Below are positions 29,840 to 44,482 of a DNA stretch of 64,000 bases, one piece after another (positions within the stretch are counted from its first letter, which is position 1; each line of letters begins with the position of its first letter). The position numbers and the translations under genes are program-made. This DNA is from the human T2T-CHM13v2.0 reference genome, Homo sapiens. The stretch is from the NCBI RefSeq assembly GCF_009914755.1, contig NC_060945.1. One strand, 5' to 3'. The notes under the pieces are model-generated. The model did no database searches. It was not told where the DNA came from and saw only the letters and a list, made by a program, of their open reading frames with translations.

Positions 29840-30489
29840 ATTAGGTTGTTGCTATTGCTGTTGTTATTGCTGCTGTTGTTGGTGTGCGTGTGTATGTATT
29901 TTCTGTGCAATGCTTGCTGTTCGTCTGAGAGTGAAAAGATTATAAAAGTGAATGTTAGCAAACACAAATTTACATAAAAACCCACCAAAGTCACTTATTC
30001 TTTCATGGCAGAAGACCTACAAGCTTTTGTTAGGAATTGAGGACACAGGTGTACCTAAGATTAATTCAAATGACATAAAATTCAGGATTCCAGTGTAACT
30101 GCGCCACAGAAACAGAGCACCAAGCACACATAGCATGCCACTCACCATTATTTCTGGTACTATGTTAGCAGTTCATTCAAATCAGTTTCAGCCATTTGTC
30201 AACCAGAATCTCATAATGGCCTCGCAAAAATATTTGTCAATATTTCACTAATACTGCTATGATATATTTGCATTTGTTTGTTTACCTGTCCAGTTTCTCA
30301 ATTACAACACTTTGAGGACAGAAATGATGTCTTATTTTGTTATATCTTCAGAAACTTGCATTTTATTTGCGTAATAAGGGCTTAACAAAGGATTACTGTT
30401 AAATGAGTAAGTTAATGAATGAATTACTGCTTTCTCAACTTCTCCAGACTCAGCTTCAGAGGCAGTGGCCTCTCTATTGCATCTCTATT

Positions 30490-30988
30490 ATGTGTTAATG
30501 TGCTGAATCTTTTCTTGCCCCTCCTGATCTACTCTCTACCTTGCTCCATCTTGCTCAGTCATCAGGGAGGCTGATGCATGGTGACTATATCAAGAGACCA
30601 ACTTCTCCTTTGTCTTCTGTTTGGATTTGCCCAATGAAAGCCTGGCACAGGAGACTGGAGATGGAGAGGAAAGGGAGAATAAAACCTTTGATCCTTTGGC
30701 TCGCTCTCAGTATCGTTGCCACTTAACCACCTTGCACTATAGACTGCCATGACTCTCATGGACATCCTCTTCCTATACCTACTGTCTCTGCATTTTCGTA
30801 ACTGTTCCCTCCCTTTCAGGCTTAGAAATGGCAAGGGATCTCTGTTGTTAATAACCCAGAATATTGCACCATATTTTCTTGACTTCCTTAATCCTGCCTG
30901 CACTGTTATAAAAGATGCATTTGTTAAACTCTCTTCAATTTCCTGTCTGAGTATGCTATTTGTTTCCTGCTGGGATTGACAGATATAG
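30490..30988 (+). mobile_element. LTR33-like old ERVL LTR
   Basis: 3' end catttgttaaactctcttcaatt...gagtatgctatttgtttcctgctggga. Confidence 0.55.
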
Positions 30989-31199
30989 ACAGGTACTGTA
31001 ATAGTTGTATGTACGATCTTATGTAATTAATTTTACTCCTTGAGTTTGCAAAGTAAATATAACTATTCCCATTTTACAGAATACCTATGATACAAATGTA
31101 TTCTATCTGGAATTCTTATTTTATTATTTATTTATTTACTTAACTTATTCATTCATTTTTATTTCCCACAGTTCATTGGAAATTCATCTCTTGGCAAGA

Positions 31200-31403
31200 A
31201 TATACACCGGGGACTACTGTGGGGGTGTTTGGGGGAAGGGAGCAAATGTTGAAAAACTAACTATTAGGTACTATGCTCACCACCCAGGTGGTAGGATCAA
31301 TTGTATCCCAAACGTCAGCATCATACAATATACCCATGTAACAAACCTGCATATGTACCCCTGAATCTAAAATGAAAGTTAAAATTATTTTAAAAAATTA
31401 AAT
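31200..31403 (+). mobile_element. L1PA16/L1PB-type 3' end
   Basis: gttgaaaaactaactattaggtactatgctcac...tacccatgtaacaaacctgca...ctgaatctaaaa. Confidence 0.85.
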
Positions 31404-32033
31404 AAGAGGAACTTTATCTCTTGATACAACTGCTAGAGCAGGGTGGTACAGAGACAACCTGGCACAAAGGAAGTGTCTCCACTGGATAAACGAGTAGGCC
31501 GCTTTAAGAGGGCTCATTGTTGAATGTGGGCAAAAAGGGGGAGAGGGAAAGTTATAAAAGAAGGAATGAATGGAAGAGGCTCAGCTCAGAATAATTTTGC
31601 TATTATAAACAACAGTACTAATAAAGTTTTGCTCCTTCTATTCGTTTGAATAGAGCAAGGAAGGCTTGTGAAATTTTTATTAATACCTAGCCTAATAGCT
31701 ATGGGGTTAAGTCAATGAATTCTAAACCAGATATTATTACAGCACCCTCTAAAAACTAGGGGCTCTCTCCAATTTTACTTGTTTCGTATGCAATCTCTGC
31801 ATTCTGAGAGCTCTTTTCCATACCTGTGCTGCCACAGTGAGTCGGTGGCCACTCTCAGATCTCCATCCTCTAAGATCTACTCCAGTTTTTCTATCAGGCT
31901 CAAGAGTGGAGTGAATTCTGAGCCACCTCCATGGGAAGATGTTTGTAACTTACTTATGCAGTGAAACTCAGTGAGTTTGTATGTTCCCTTTGCCACTTAT
32001 GCTCTAAGTTGCCAGAGAAGCATGAGAAAGAGG

Positions 32034-32408
32034 TGTATTAGTCTGTTTTCACATTGATATACAGAACAACCTAAGACTGGGTAGTTTATAAAGAAAAGAA
32101 GTTTAATTGACTCACAGTTCGGCAGGCTGTACAAGAAGCATGGCTGGGAGGCTTCGAGACGCTTACAACCATGGTGAAAGGTGAAGGGGAAGCAAGCATG
32201 TCTTCACATGGCGGCAGGAGAGAGAGAGTGATGGGGGAGTTGCTACGCACTTGCAAACAACTGGATCTCATGAGAACTCTATCATGAGAAAAGCAAGGGC
32301 AAAGTCCACCCCCATGATTCAATTATCTCCCACCAGGCCCCTTCCCTGACACATGCGGATTACAATTTGACATGATATTTGGTGGAGACACAGAGCAAAA
32401 TCATATCA
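32034..32408 (-). mobile_element. MSTA MaLR solo LTR, sense to CYYR1
   Basis: tgtattagtctgtttt...gtttaattgactcacagttc...tcatatca; TSD agagg/agaga. Confidence 0.92.
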
Positions 32409-32993
32409 AGAGAGTAGACATAACTTACTGTTGAAAGCTACACAGGCATTAAGCCCTGCTTTTCCACGAGATGCTTTATTATGCTTTTAATAAATGGGTA
32501 TGTTTATAGTCTGTGTGATTTAAGAAATGGTATACCAAAGGGAGGTGATGTCAAATTATAACATTTCAAAATCAGGTAAGGCAGGAACTTCAGACTTTTT
32601 TTGGAAGGTCTAAGAAAGTTACCTGAGTACATTTTAAACACCATTGCCTCCATTCTTCAGAGGGTTTCGTTTCAGGAAAGCATAACAAGAGTCATTCTAA
32701 TGTGATTATAAAGGACCCGAAGCTTTGCTTTTAAAATTCAATACTTAGGTAGAAAGAAAATGATAACTTTTTCCCTTTGATTTTTATTCACTATTTTTAT
32801 AACACTAGCAGCCCTGAGACACCGGATTGGAAATATCTATGCCTCTTGATGTTACCTGGGCACCACTGCATCACAGTCCTTTAACCGGGTCTGTTTTCAT
32901 CTGTTCCTTGATCTTCTGCATTCTCCCCCACCAAGCGACATCATTTCTATACTCTTTAGACTTATTCTCAGCTTTCTGGATGCTAAATTTGCC

Positions 32994-33330
32994 TGTTCAC
33001 TGATTCAATAAACATTTACTGAGCACCTACTGTGTGCCAGGCCCAGATAGAGATCCTGCACTCATGGAAATTCCAGTCAAACAAAAGGGCCAAGAATGTG
33101 CAATTGTAAATACTGGTATGTTCTGTGATGGAAAAGCATTAAGTGCAGGGGCATAAGGTAAGGAATCTTATCTGGTGTGCGGGTTCAGAGTTTTCCTAGG
33201 TTATGATGTTGGAGGAGAGTTGTGATTGATGAGCCTACGTTAATTAACTGAGGAGCATAGGAGTAAATATAGGAAAGGGGTTAGATAGAAAGCATGGCAT
33301 ATGCAGGGACTCGGAGACTCTGTGGTGCTG
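32994..33330 (-). mobile_element. L2 fragment
   Basis: ttcaataaacatttactgagcacctactgtgtgccaggc. Confidence 0.8.
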
Positions 33331-33843
33331 AAATCAGGTATGGATTTGACTTAAACCACTGTACTCCAGTGAACTCATGCATAAGGTAAAAGCTCAGACC
33401 TTAAGGGATACAAGTCTGCTTTACCTATCCTGTTCTTTCGTGTAACAATCCTTTTTTTGCTTCACAACTCAGAACACATAAAGGGATGATGGAGGGAGGT
33501 AGATGGTGGAGAGTCTGGCTTTTATTGCAATACTAAAAAGCTCTCAGTGCTTGGGCCAATCAAGGTTTACCTGTTGCTCAAGTTTTATGTCCACCTTGGC
33601 TAGGCAGAAAGGGAGCTTTCATTCTTTATTGGTACTCAGTGATTCTGGCTGGCAGAGGCTTTACTGTTACAGAGAAGAGCACACGCCAAATAATTAACCA
33701 GCTCTGAGAACTTCTCTCTAGAAGTGTTGCACCTTTCACTGGGCAAAGCAAATCGAGGGCAATGCTTAACCTCCAACTGCAGCAGGGTGGAGCCAGCCTG
33801 ATGTTTCAGGCTGGTAAGTAGAAAGCTAGAAATATTTGGTGAG

Positions 33844-34164
33844 TGCTATGGTCCGAATATTTGGGTCCCCTTAAAATTCATACGTTGACCCCTAATCACC
33901 CATTTGATGGTATCAGGAGGTGGGGTCTGTTGGGAGATGATTAGAATGGGATTAGCAACCTTATCAAAAAACTGCCTTATCCCTCTTCCACCATGCGAGG
34001 AGAAGACACCATCTATAAGAAAAAGGAATCTCCCCAGATAGCAGATATGCCCATGCCTTGATCTTGGACTTCTCAGCTTAGGGAACTGCAAGAAGAAAAT
34101 TTCTATCATTCGTAAGCAATCAGTCTACGTTGTTTTATGATAGCAGCCTGAATGGACTAAGACA
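33844..34164 (+). mobile_element. MLT1A-type solo LTR
   Basis: tgctatggtccgaat...gactaagaca with perfect TSD gtgag. Confidence 0.9.
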
Positions 34165-34894
34165 GTGAGCAAGAGTAGCGATCACCACGGAGATGAGCCT
34201 TCATCAGGTATTGCAGTCTATGGCAAGAGCACATTACTGGCGCTCTGACTGCAACTAACTGGTTTCTAACCTTCTCTTAATTCCAACAACTTGTCACTGC
34301 ACAGGTAAATGTGTGTGGGTGATGACATTGCAGTGAAGTCATAGTGTGCAGAAGTGGAAGTTGGAAAGTATTTACTAAGAGGTGGTATAGTGGATAAAAT
34401 TCCACTTCCAATCTTTGAGTTTTTCGTCTACTTTCTGGAAGAAGGAAAAGGGTAATGGGCCCTTAATAATATTTTCCAATTATCTGTTGATTTTTTAATT
34501 GGATCTTTCTTAATTTAATTTCCAAGAGCTCCTTATTCTTTGTTCTTCTGTATGTAGTGTACTGGTTTTGTTTTATGAATGCAATATAGTCTTTTATTTC
34601 TCTCAATATTTTAATTATGGTGTTTCTTTCATGTGCTTATTTTTCCACCACTTTGTTTTTGCCACTCTTTTTTCTTTATTTGATTCTATTTTGTTTTGCT
34701 CTCTATCTCTATCTTCCATAATAGAGGCTTTCATCAAATATCAGGTCTTTAGCTGTCATATATAAAAGTGAGACTCAGAAAAACCCCATTTGGGAGCAAG
34801 AGTGTGGCTTATTAATTTGTGAATCTCACTGTAGGTTTGCTACTGTGGTATCATATTTTTAATTGGGGAAATATCCAAATACCTGTGTCTAGTT

Positions 34895-35333
34895 CAGAAG
34901 TTCTTAAACTTTTTGGTGTCATGGCAGCCTGGTAAAGTCTAGGATCCTGTTTTAGACTTATGTCCTATGCATGAAACCAATTATATCACAATCTGGTTCT
35001 CAAACTATTAAACCATTAAATTTGTGATATAGTCATATGTGCTTTTAATTAATGCACCACCTAATAAACTTTAGAGTTGTATCTAATAACTACTATAATT
35101 TTGAAACAATGATGAGTGAAAATGCAATTTGGAGATACAGGCAAAGAATAATGTGATACGAAAACAACTGTGATTTTTATTGGTCACAAAGTCACAGGTA
35201 CCAATTATACTACGACGTTTTGTTGCCTATACTCAAAGATGCCAGAAATGCTAACTTTCAGAAGTTAGTTTAAAATAAAAATGAATTATTGTTCTCATTC
35301 AAGTTCACAGACTCGCTGGTTAAAAATTCCTGC
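34895..35333. mobile_element. hAT-Charlie non-autonomous element (Charlie4a-like)
   Basis: cagaagttcttaaact / ggttaaaaattcctg termini; acaaagtcacaggtac...tttgttgcctatactc interior. Confidence 0.55.
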
Positions 35334-36779
35334 TGTAGGTCTTTACTTCTGGGTGAATGGATTTTTCTAGAAATCAGTTCACCCATCTCCAACCTTAAGT
35401 ACGTAAGTGTGGCTGTGAGCCTTTCACGAGCCAAGCAGGGGACAAATCTCTCTTCAGTGGGGAGGCTTTTCCTATAATCCCTCTGATTTCAACACAGTAA
35501 CTCACACTCCAACCAAAAATGTATTTATTTGCTGTCTTCCAAATTCAAATACTGTCTGATAAAACCAATCCAAAAATAGACCCTAGGTTTTCTCTTGATG
35601 CATCAGGGTTGGAGAAAGAATATGAGAAGTCTAACTCCTATTTTAAAGATATTTAATCCATACTGTAGTTTTCATTCCCATTTTTGCACACCTGCCTTTA
35701 AAGCAGCAATTGTCTCCAATCCCTGAGGATTTCTGTAGCTTTGTGTTGAAAGGATTAGCTTTTTGATATTCTGCCTCAACATACTTAGATCTCTATGTTC
35801 TCTAGTCTAAAACAGTTCCCAGTGGTTAAACTATTTCCCAGATTTCAAAATGTTGCTTCTTTTGTCTGGTATCTTCTTTTTGAGGTTTCTTCCCCCGCCC
35901 CCTAAGTTCCTTTACTGTCATTGCTTTGTGAACACTCAGGAGGAAGTACAGATAGACATTTGCATTCAACCTATGTTATTTAACCAGAAGCTTTGATGCA
36001 TTCATAAGTAGCATTTTAATATGTTTGGGTTCGCATCTTTTTCCCTCTCATAATAGCATATCTCCTTTTCTCTGATTTAATATAAAAGTAAGAGGAGAAA
36101 CAAGGTTGACATGCAATGTCACTTTAAGGAAGGCCTCTTTTTTGTGTTTTAAGGAAACCATTTCTTAAAAGAACTTTTCTCAGACTCTCTCTAGATGCTT
36201 TCAGCATTTTCGTTTAAGACATTAGACTATGAGTTCTTCAAAAGGATGTATGTAGTTTCTTTTTTGGTAGAGTGGTAGAAGTGGAATAGCTCTTATTGGT
36301 ATAACCCTACCACGGATCACAACTGCAAGCTCTTAAGAAAGTATAAAGACTCCCTGAAATCCCTGGAGAGAAACCCAAAGCCACCATAAATTGGAAGTGA
36401 ATCAAAACTGGGAAGAAGGAAATGGAACTGAGTAGCGTTCCATTGATAAGGCTTTTTGGCTAACGGCATGCCCCAATCAGAATAAGCTAGTTAGCTAAAT
36501 CCTGAACAGAAACCCTTGGGGTGTACTGCTTTTAAAAACCAGGGGACAGAGTTTAGAACTACGAAAACAGACGAAAAGTGAGAGGGGAAATCATGCAAAG
36601 GAGAAACTATACAGGGTAGAGCATCACATTTTGCACATAAACTCTGCGGAAAATCTTAGGATGACCTCTACACTATGCACGCATGGGGCATACTCCCAGC
36701 AGCCCATCTAAGGCTAAAAAGAACCGAACAAAGATTTTAGAAGTTACCCACTGCAGGAGTGACAAAAAATGGATTTGAG

Positions 36780-38405
36780 TTCTTCTAGATTAACTACAAA
36801 TAAAAATCAACATTCAGAGAAATAGCAGAATCCAGTCTCTACAGTGTATTCTTTTAAAAAAAAATGTCCAGGGTATAATTCCAAATTATTCCATACATAG
36901 TCAAGAGGAAAGGCAATTAAATAAACTGATCCTGAAATGAACCAGATGTTAGAACAGGCTAGCAAGGATTTTAACATAGATACTATAACTATGCTCAAGG
37001 GTAGAAGGTAAAATATGTTTGTGATGAATGGATATACAGAAAATCTCAGCAGAGAGATTGCAACTTTAAAAAAGAACCAAATGGAAATTCTAGAAATGAG
37101 GAATAAAATATCTGAAACAAAAGGAAATTAATTGTATGGGCTTAACAAGATGTTAAGGATGAAAGAAGAGTCAGTGACGTGAAGGTATCTCAATCAAAAC
37201 TATATAATCTAGAGAGCAGAGAGAAAAAATATTTAAAAAATTAGAATCTCAGTGATTGTGGGACTATATCAAAATCTAATACATGTGGAGTTTTACAAGG
37301 AGATAAGAGGCAGGAACAGGTAAAACCCAACATCTGAAGAAAGAATGTTTAAAAATTTCCCCCATTTTACAGACTCAAAAACCTCACGTATCCTATGTAG
37401 TATAAATAGAGAAAAGACACCTTGAAAATATCACAATTCGATAGATAAAAACAAAAGATAAAGAGAATCTTGAAAGCATCCATAGAAAAAAGACAAATTA
37501 CATATATAGGAACAAAAATACAAATCACCACTGACATCTTAGCAGAAACAATGAGGCTGGAATATGGTGTAATGACATCTTTAAAAGTGCCAAATGAAAG
37601 CAACACACTGAAAACCTAAAATTCAATGTGAAGCAAAAATAGCTTTCAGAAATAAAGATGACATAAAGGCATTTCAGATGAACAGAAACAGTGGTAACTC
37701 TTCTCAAGTAGACTTGCCCTACAAGAAAAGCTAACAGAAGTTCTTCAAGCAAAAGTGAAATGAGATCAGATAAAAATTCAGATTTTAATTTCCCTAAAAT
37801 ACTAATGATTGTTTAAAATAAAAATAACAGTTTGCATAGCATCTTATGTAATAAACGTGAAAATACAGAATTAATTATAGGAGGTAAAAGACCTATAGGA
37901 TTGCAAAGTTATTACATTTTATGAGAAGGGGTGCTTAACTTTCAATAGAAAAATTAAGGGTGCATATTGCAATCTTTAGAGCACCACTGAAATAATAAAA
38001 TAAAGAGGTAAGCTAAAAAGCCAAGATAAATTAAAATGGAATTCTAAAAGCAATTTCAATTAACTCAAAAGTAGCAGGAGAGGAGCATGAAGGAAACACA
38101 AAGCAAGTGGGACAAACAGAAAAGATAACAGTAAACTGAAAGACTAAATCCCACCACATCAGTAGGAAATGAAGTATTTTAAAAGGCAGAGATTGTCAGA
38201 ATTACTTAAAAAGCATGAACTATTTGTTGTCTACATGAAAGGTACTTTGAATACAAAAAAATCAAGTAGATGCCCTCTGAATACAGAAACTCCCTTAAGG
38301 GCTGGGAAGATATTCTATTATACCATGCAACATAAACAGCATAAGAAGGTGGGGGACGGGGGCGGGGCGGGAGAGAGAAAGAGAGAGAGAGAGAATATGT
38401 GTGTG

Positions 38406-38449
<44 letters not shown>

Positions 38450-39040
38450 AGAGATATATTTTCCCAGGAATGCAAACATCATTTAAATTTTGAAAATTTA
38501 TCAATATATTTCACCTTACAAGAGACCTAAACATGCGATCATTTCAACAGATGCAAAAAGCGTTTGATGAAATTCAACCTCCATTCATTACAGAACTCTC
38601 AGCGAATTAGGAACAGAAAGAAATTTCCTCAATCCGATAAAAAGAATCAATGAAAAACATTACAATTAGCATCATGCTTAATTGTTTTTTTCCTATGTTC
38701 CAGAACAAGGCAAAGATACCTACTCCAACAACTTCTAGTCAATATTTCCAGAGACATAAAGTAAAAACCAAAAAGAATTAAAAGGCATACAGATCAGAAA
38801 GAAGTAAAACTCTATTTGCAGATAAGATTTTTTTTACATAGAAAATCCTAATCAATGTATAAAGTAATTACTAGATGTACAAAGTGAATTTAGCAATGTT
38901 GTTTTATATATGATCAATACACTAACACCAATTGTATTTTCATACTCCGCAGCAACAAACAACTAGAAAACAAAATTAATAACAATTCCATGTATTAGGG
39001 TGTTAAGAAGCAAATTACTATTTAGGAAATTTAACAAAGG
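36780..39040 (+). mobile_element. Old mammalian L1M fossil (ORF1, endonuclease start, RT segment) with internal deletions
   Basis: A-rich sense strand; gagaatcttgaaagca (ORF1), catttcaacagatgcaaaaagcgtttgatgaaattcaac (RT region), ctctatttgcagata. Confidence 0.8.
38351..38448 (+). repeat. Compound G-run / (GA)n / (TG)n repeat
   Basis: gggggacgggggcggggcggg, then GA repeats, then about 25 TG units. Confidence 0.95.
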
Positions 39041-39177
39041 CAAGGACTGACTCACATTTACCTTCATTTTCACAATGTTTAGCCCAATGCCTAAATGATA
39101 TATTCAACACAATTTTTTGAAAAGCTAAAGAATGTTTGTCTGCTATAAAAAGATTCAAGTTAAAGTCTTTAAAAATT

Positions 39178-39470
39178 CCTTAGCAAACTAACACAGGAAC
39201 AGAAAACCAAACACTGCATGTCTGCATGTTCTCACTTAGAAGTAGGAGCTGAACAAGGAGAACACAGGGACACAGGGAGGGGAACGGCACACACTGGAGT
39301 CTGTTGCGTGGTGGATGCGGGGAGGAAGAGCAGTAGGAAAAACAGCTAATGCACGCCGGGCTTAATACCTAAGTGGTGGGTTGACAGGTGCAGCAAACCA
39401 CCATGGCACATGTTTACCTATGTAACAAACCTGCACATGTACCCCAGAACTTAAAATAAAAATAAAATTT
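39178..39470 (+). mobile_element. L1PA 3' end
   Basis: cttagcaaactaacacaggaacagaaaaccaaacactgcatg...ccagaacttaaaataaaa. Confidence 0.9.
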
Positions 39471-39732
39471 TAAAAAGTTATGATATTCAATTCAATGTAG
39501 AAAGAGACAGTAAAATAATCTTTTTCAAAAAAAAAATTATAGGTTGTTTTTTCCTTCATCTCTCTGTCCAGGTTTAAGTGCAGCAGGGCTCAAAGAATGG
39601 CACCCACATGTCAGGGGCCTGTGCTCCTTTCCTTCCGCACTGGGACCTGTGCTACTTTGGCACCTCAGCAAAGCATGTACTGAAGTTGCACACAATCATC
39701 TCTGCTCATGCACCATTGGCTGAAGTTAGTTA

Positions 39733-40120
<388 letters not shown>

Positions 40121-40925
40121 CTATTGTGCTCTATTAAATTTATATCAATATTAGATAAGGGAGATTGGACATTAGAAGACAACTTGTTGTCACTAACATA
40201 CCATTTCTAACTGTCTGACAGATACAGTGAAGAAGAATTTTAATGGCGATATTTTACCGTTCTGAAGACTAAAACATTTTGAGATTATTAATGAATTTAA
40301 AGCTCACTTCTACTAATCCACCAACCAGAATACAGGAAAACTGTTCAGCTGCTGTTTTTATTTACTTGAATTCTGTACGAATAATCACTTTTAGTCGTCA
40401 AAATCCTAAAATATGAACTTAACAAGACTCACTGTTAAATGCAGAGCGCTTAGAAAACCAGACACAGAACCTGACCAGGATTTATGAATCATATGTTAAA
40501 ACAGAAATCGTAAAATAAGATTTATGCCTGGTCAAATTATAGATTTTAGCATACTGACTCATAAATCAGTCACCTGAATCCCAAGGGCAATAAAAGGATT
40601 TATAAATCAAAACTGATTTAGGATTTATTAGCTAAATGTCTACCATAAGAATGCCGTGTTTATAAATCTCTTTTGACTTACAGAACTAAATTTCACAAAC
40701 TCTACAGTCAGGGCCCATCTCTAATGATGCTTTTGAAGGGTATACATCCTGGTGACCCTGAAGAAACACGGATCGATGATAATGTCAGAGGAAAGAGAAT
40801 TGTATTAAAATTATTAAACATTATTTAAATAAATTCTAAAGGATGATCTTGTAAGTAAAAACAACATCTATCTCTATATTTTTGAATTGTGAATATATGG
40901 GTTTAAATATTTAAATAATAAGAAA

Positions 40926-41096
40926 GGCCGAGAAAGGTGGCTCATGCCTGTAATCCCAGCACTTTGGGAGGTTGAGGTGGATCCTAGGAGTTCCAGACCA
41001 GCCTGGGCAAAGAAACTGTGATTACCCCACTGCCCTCCAGCCTGGGCAACAGAGTGAGACCCTATCTCAACAAAAAGAAAAACAAAAAAGAAAAAG
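40926..41096 (+). mobile_element. Internally deleted AluJ
   Basis: Left-arm start fused to right-arm end (ccactgccctccagcctgggcaacagagtgagaccc). Confidence 0.8.
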
Positions 41097-41677
41097 ATAA
41101 ATTATGATTTGAGTATAAAATGACATGTAAAGGATAATTTACCTCAACTCCCAAATCATTTCAGAGTAGATTAAATGTTTCAGAACACATTAAATGACAA
41201 CATTTCTCTACTAGATATACCAGTCCCTTTTTAATTCCTAATTTGACAAACATATTACTTTTTTATTGAAATTATATAATATATTTTATTACAAATAAAA
41301 AGTATTTGTGTTAATTTGAACTATCTTATTTTTAAGGTTCAATTTTCTCATGTATCATGGCCTGTTTAGAGTCTCTGGGTTTGCCTCCCACTTGGTAGAA
41401 TGGAATTGTTCTAAATATTCACGTGGCTGACTTAGTCATTTTGTTCTGTTCTCTACTCAGATGTCACCTCCTCAGGGCCTCTTCTGTGTTCATCCCTGAC
41501 CATCCAGTGGGAAGCAGCATCCACATCACCCTGTCCTTCAGGCTTCTTCGTCTTCTTTTCTCATAGAAAGATAATAATAAGCAACCTGAAAGTTTAATTC
41601 CAAGGTGGCAAGGTTAATGAGTGATAGTACAGGCTTACGGTTGGACTGTGTAATGGTTTCTACCTTCTGGTTAATAA

Positions 41678-41985
<308 letters not shown>

Positions 41986-43250
41986 TTTATTCTTAATTAA
42001 ATAAGATAGTTTACATTACCCACTTCTCAATAATTGAGAGATTAAACAGATAATTAAGCACGTAAATATGGTGTTTTCTTAGGTGAGACATGGACCTGGC
42101 TGTCCAGGTTGAATATCAGAGATTTCTGAAGCAAAATAAATGAAGAATAAAATAACTTTATTTTTTGAGCTCCTTTTCCTGTGACTACAACTTTGTGGTA
42201 TCTTTTTCCAAACAGAGAAGAGAAAGATAACATAGTATGTCCTCTAACATGATGGATTGTAATTGGCTTTTGGCTATTCTTGGTTTAAAAAACTATTTTA
42301 GTCTCACAGCATGTTAGTGGTAATGTGTAAATATTTAGAATTGTTAGCAAATTTGAGAAAACTTCTGTTAGATTTCTTTCAAATACAAGTAGTAATATTG
42401 TATTTGGAAGAACTGTGCCACAGATTCTCTTCTGACTCCTATTTTGAAACTTTGTTTCTTCATCACCACCCAATCACTTCCATTTTGCTTAGTTGTAGGA
42501 GTCACTTTGATCACACATTCATGTTGGCATCTGATCTTGCTTTGCCCCTAGGCATCAGAATACTGAATGAGTTGGTGTGGTGGGCTGTTGATCATGCTTG
42601 GGAGCTATTCCTATATTGGAATGGCTAGCAATAATTTAACTATACATGGAAGTGATTATGACCTATGTACTAAATGCAGACTAAATTTACTCACAATTCC
42701 ACTTCCCCCAACTGGAACCCCCAAATGGTGAAGTCATTTTAAAGCCTCTAGGGAGAGGAAATTGAAGTAGAAAGAGGTCATAGTCTTGAAAGAGATCATT
42801 TAAATATCTTACTTTTGCAACTGCTGCAAAATGCATGACCATGGGAATGCACCGTCTTAGGTGTAAGGAAGAAGCCCATGCAGTACACCAACCCGAGAGA
42901 GAAAGCTTTATTAACGTCGGGATAGATTCTACTCTGCTTACAGCCCTACAGCAACAATAGTGGATACGTCAGGAAATAACTTGCCCAGCTCAGGGAGGAA
43001 GTTCATTGTGGCTCGACGCTGCTTCAGAGGACATTTAAAAGGCACAAAAACAACCCAGTGGAAATGCCAGCTTCCCAGCATCTAGACAATGAAGGCGGAA
43101 GTGGCCCCTGAGCACAGGAGGAAGTGCAACTTGCCAGGAGTCAAGAGCTGAGCAAGGTTGAAGGTGCATTTTTCTGGTTAGGGAGCCAGGGTGCAAGGAC
43201 TCATTTTTATTTTTCTTAAAATCAAGCACAGAGGGGTCCAGGTTGTGCAA

Positions 43251-43845
43251 TGTTCGGGCTCAGAAACTGATCGCCTGAAATACGGTGTTTTGACATACTC
43301 AACTGAAGGATCTTCAAAGTCCCTTTGACCTTCTCCCCACTCCTGTCTCTCAATTCCCTGTCTCTCTCCAAGCACAGAATGAAGTTGTTCCCAGAAGTTC
43401 CCTCATCTGGCTAAAGTCCAGACTCGCCAAAGAAAAAAACAATTACCTATGATCCCCTCCCTGATTTTTCACTAACTGAAGTCATATGGGAGGAACAAAG
43501 ACTGAAGTCTGTCAACACACCTGGACAGACTTGTCACAAACCATGGTCTGTTTTGTGGGCCCAAGAGACTTTGTCCCAGGCCATTGTATGTTCTTCAAGC
43601 CCATTTAATTTGCCTAAAAACAATTTGCTATCCCCCTAAGATCATCCACACTTCCCCATCTCCCTTTACTCTGAAGATAAGGGTATATAACCATCTGTAC
43701 CCCAATGTGTGGTGGGGCAACCACTCTATGATTCTCTTCCATGCGCATTAATAATTTTATATGCCATCTATTAATGTGACTTTTGTCAGATAATTTTCAA
43801 CGAACCTTCAGAGGGCAAAGGAAAAGCTTTTCCTTGGCACCTAGA
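43251..43845 (+). mobile_element. MER39-like ERV1 solo LTR
   Basis: tgttcgggctcagaaac...tttgacatac start; gaaccttcagagggcaaagg...ttccttggc end; TATA-like gggtatataa. Confidence 0.75.
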
Positions 43846-44482
43846 GCAGCATTCAGGTTACGGGTTTTGTTCCTTCCTGCTGAAAGTTGTAATTCTATTT
43901 CTACTTTTTTTTTTTTTCTTTTTTTGGCTCCCATTGCCAAGGAAACCTCGATTTCAACCAATACAACTTTCCTGTTATACTAATACCATTCCCTGATTTA
44001 CCCATCATGTATGAATAATGGAAGCATACATTAGAGAATAGAAAGTAGCTAAACATTACTGAGTACCAGCTGATGTTCTAAGTGGTTCATAAGTATTAAT
44101 TCATTTAAACCTTGTAGCAACCTATGGGGCTGATTCTACTGTTATCACTATTTTACATCTATTACACTATTTTATCACTTATTTTTGGCACAGGCAAAGC
44201 TTTGTAAATTTGTTTGGGGTCTTACTGAGAACCCATGGGTCTCTGTTAGCTATTCAATCACTTCGATCAAACACAAATGAATTTTATATAGCATTTTATT
44301 TTCAATACTTCTGAATATATTTACCATGGTAATTTAAAGTAACCCTTTATGTAAGTCTACATAAGTGTGAAGAAATTAGTTTATGAAATGATGGTTTGAT
44401 TACATCCCTTAATTGATAATTACATAGGATAATAGGAGTGGACAATGAAATGTTTTTTGGTAAGGTTTATTTGTCTAATGAT

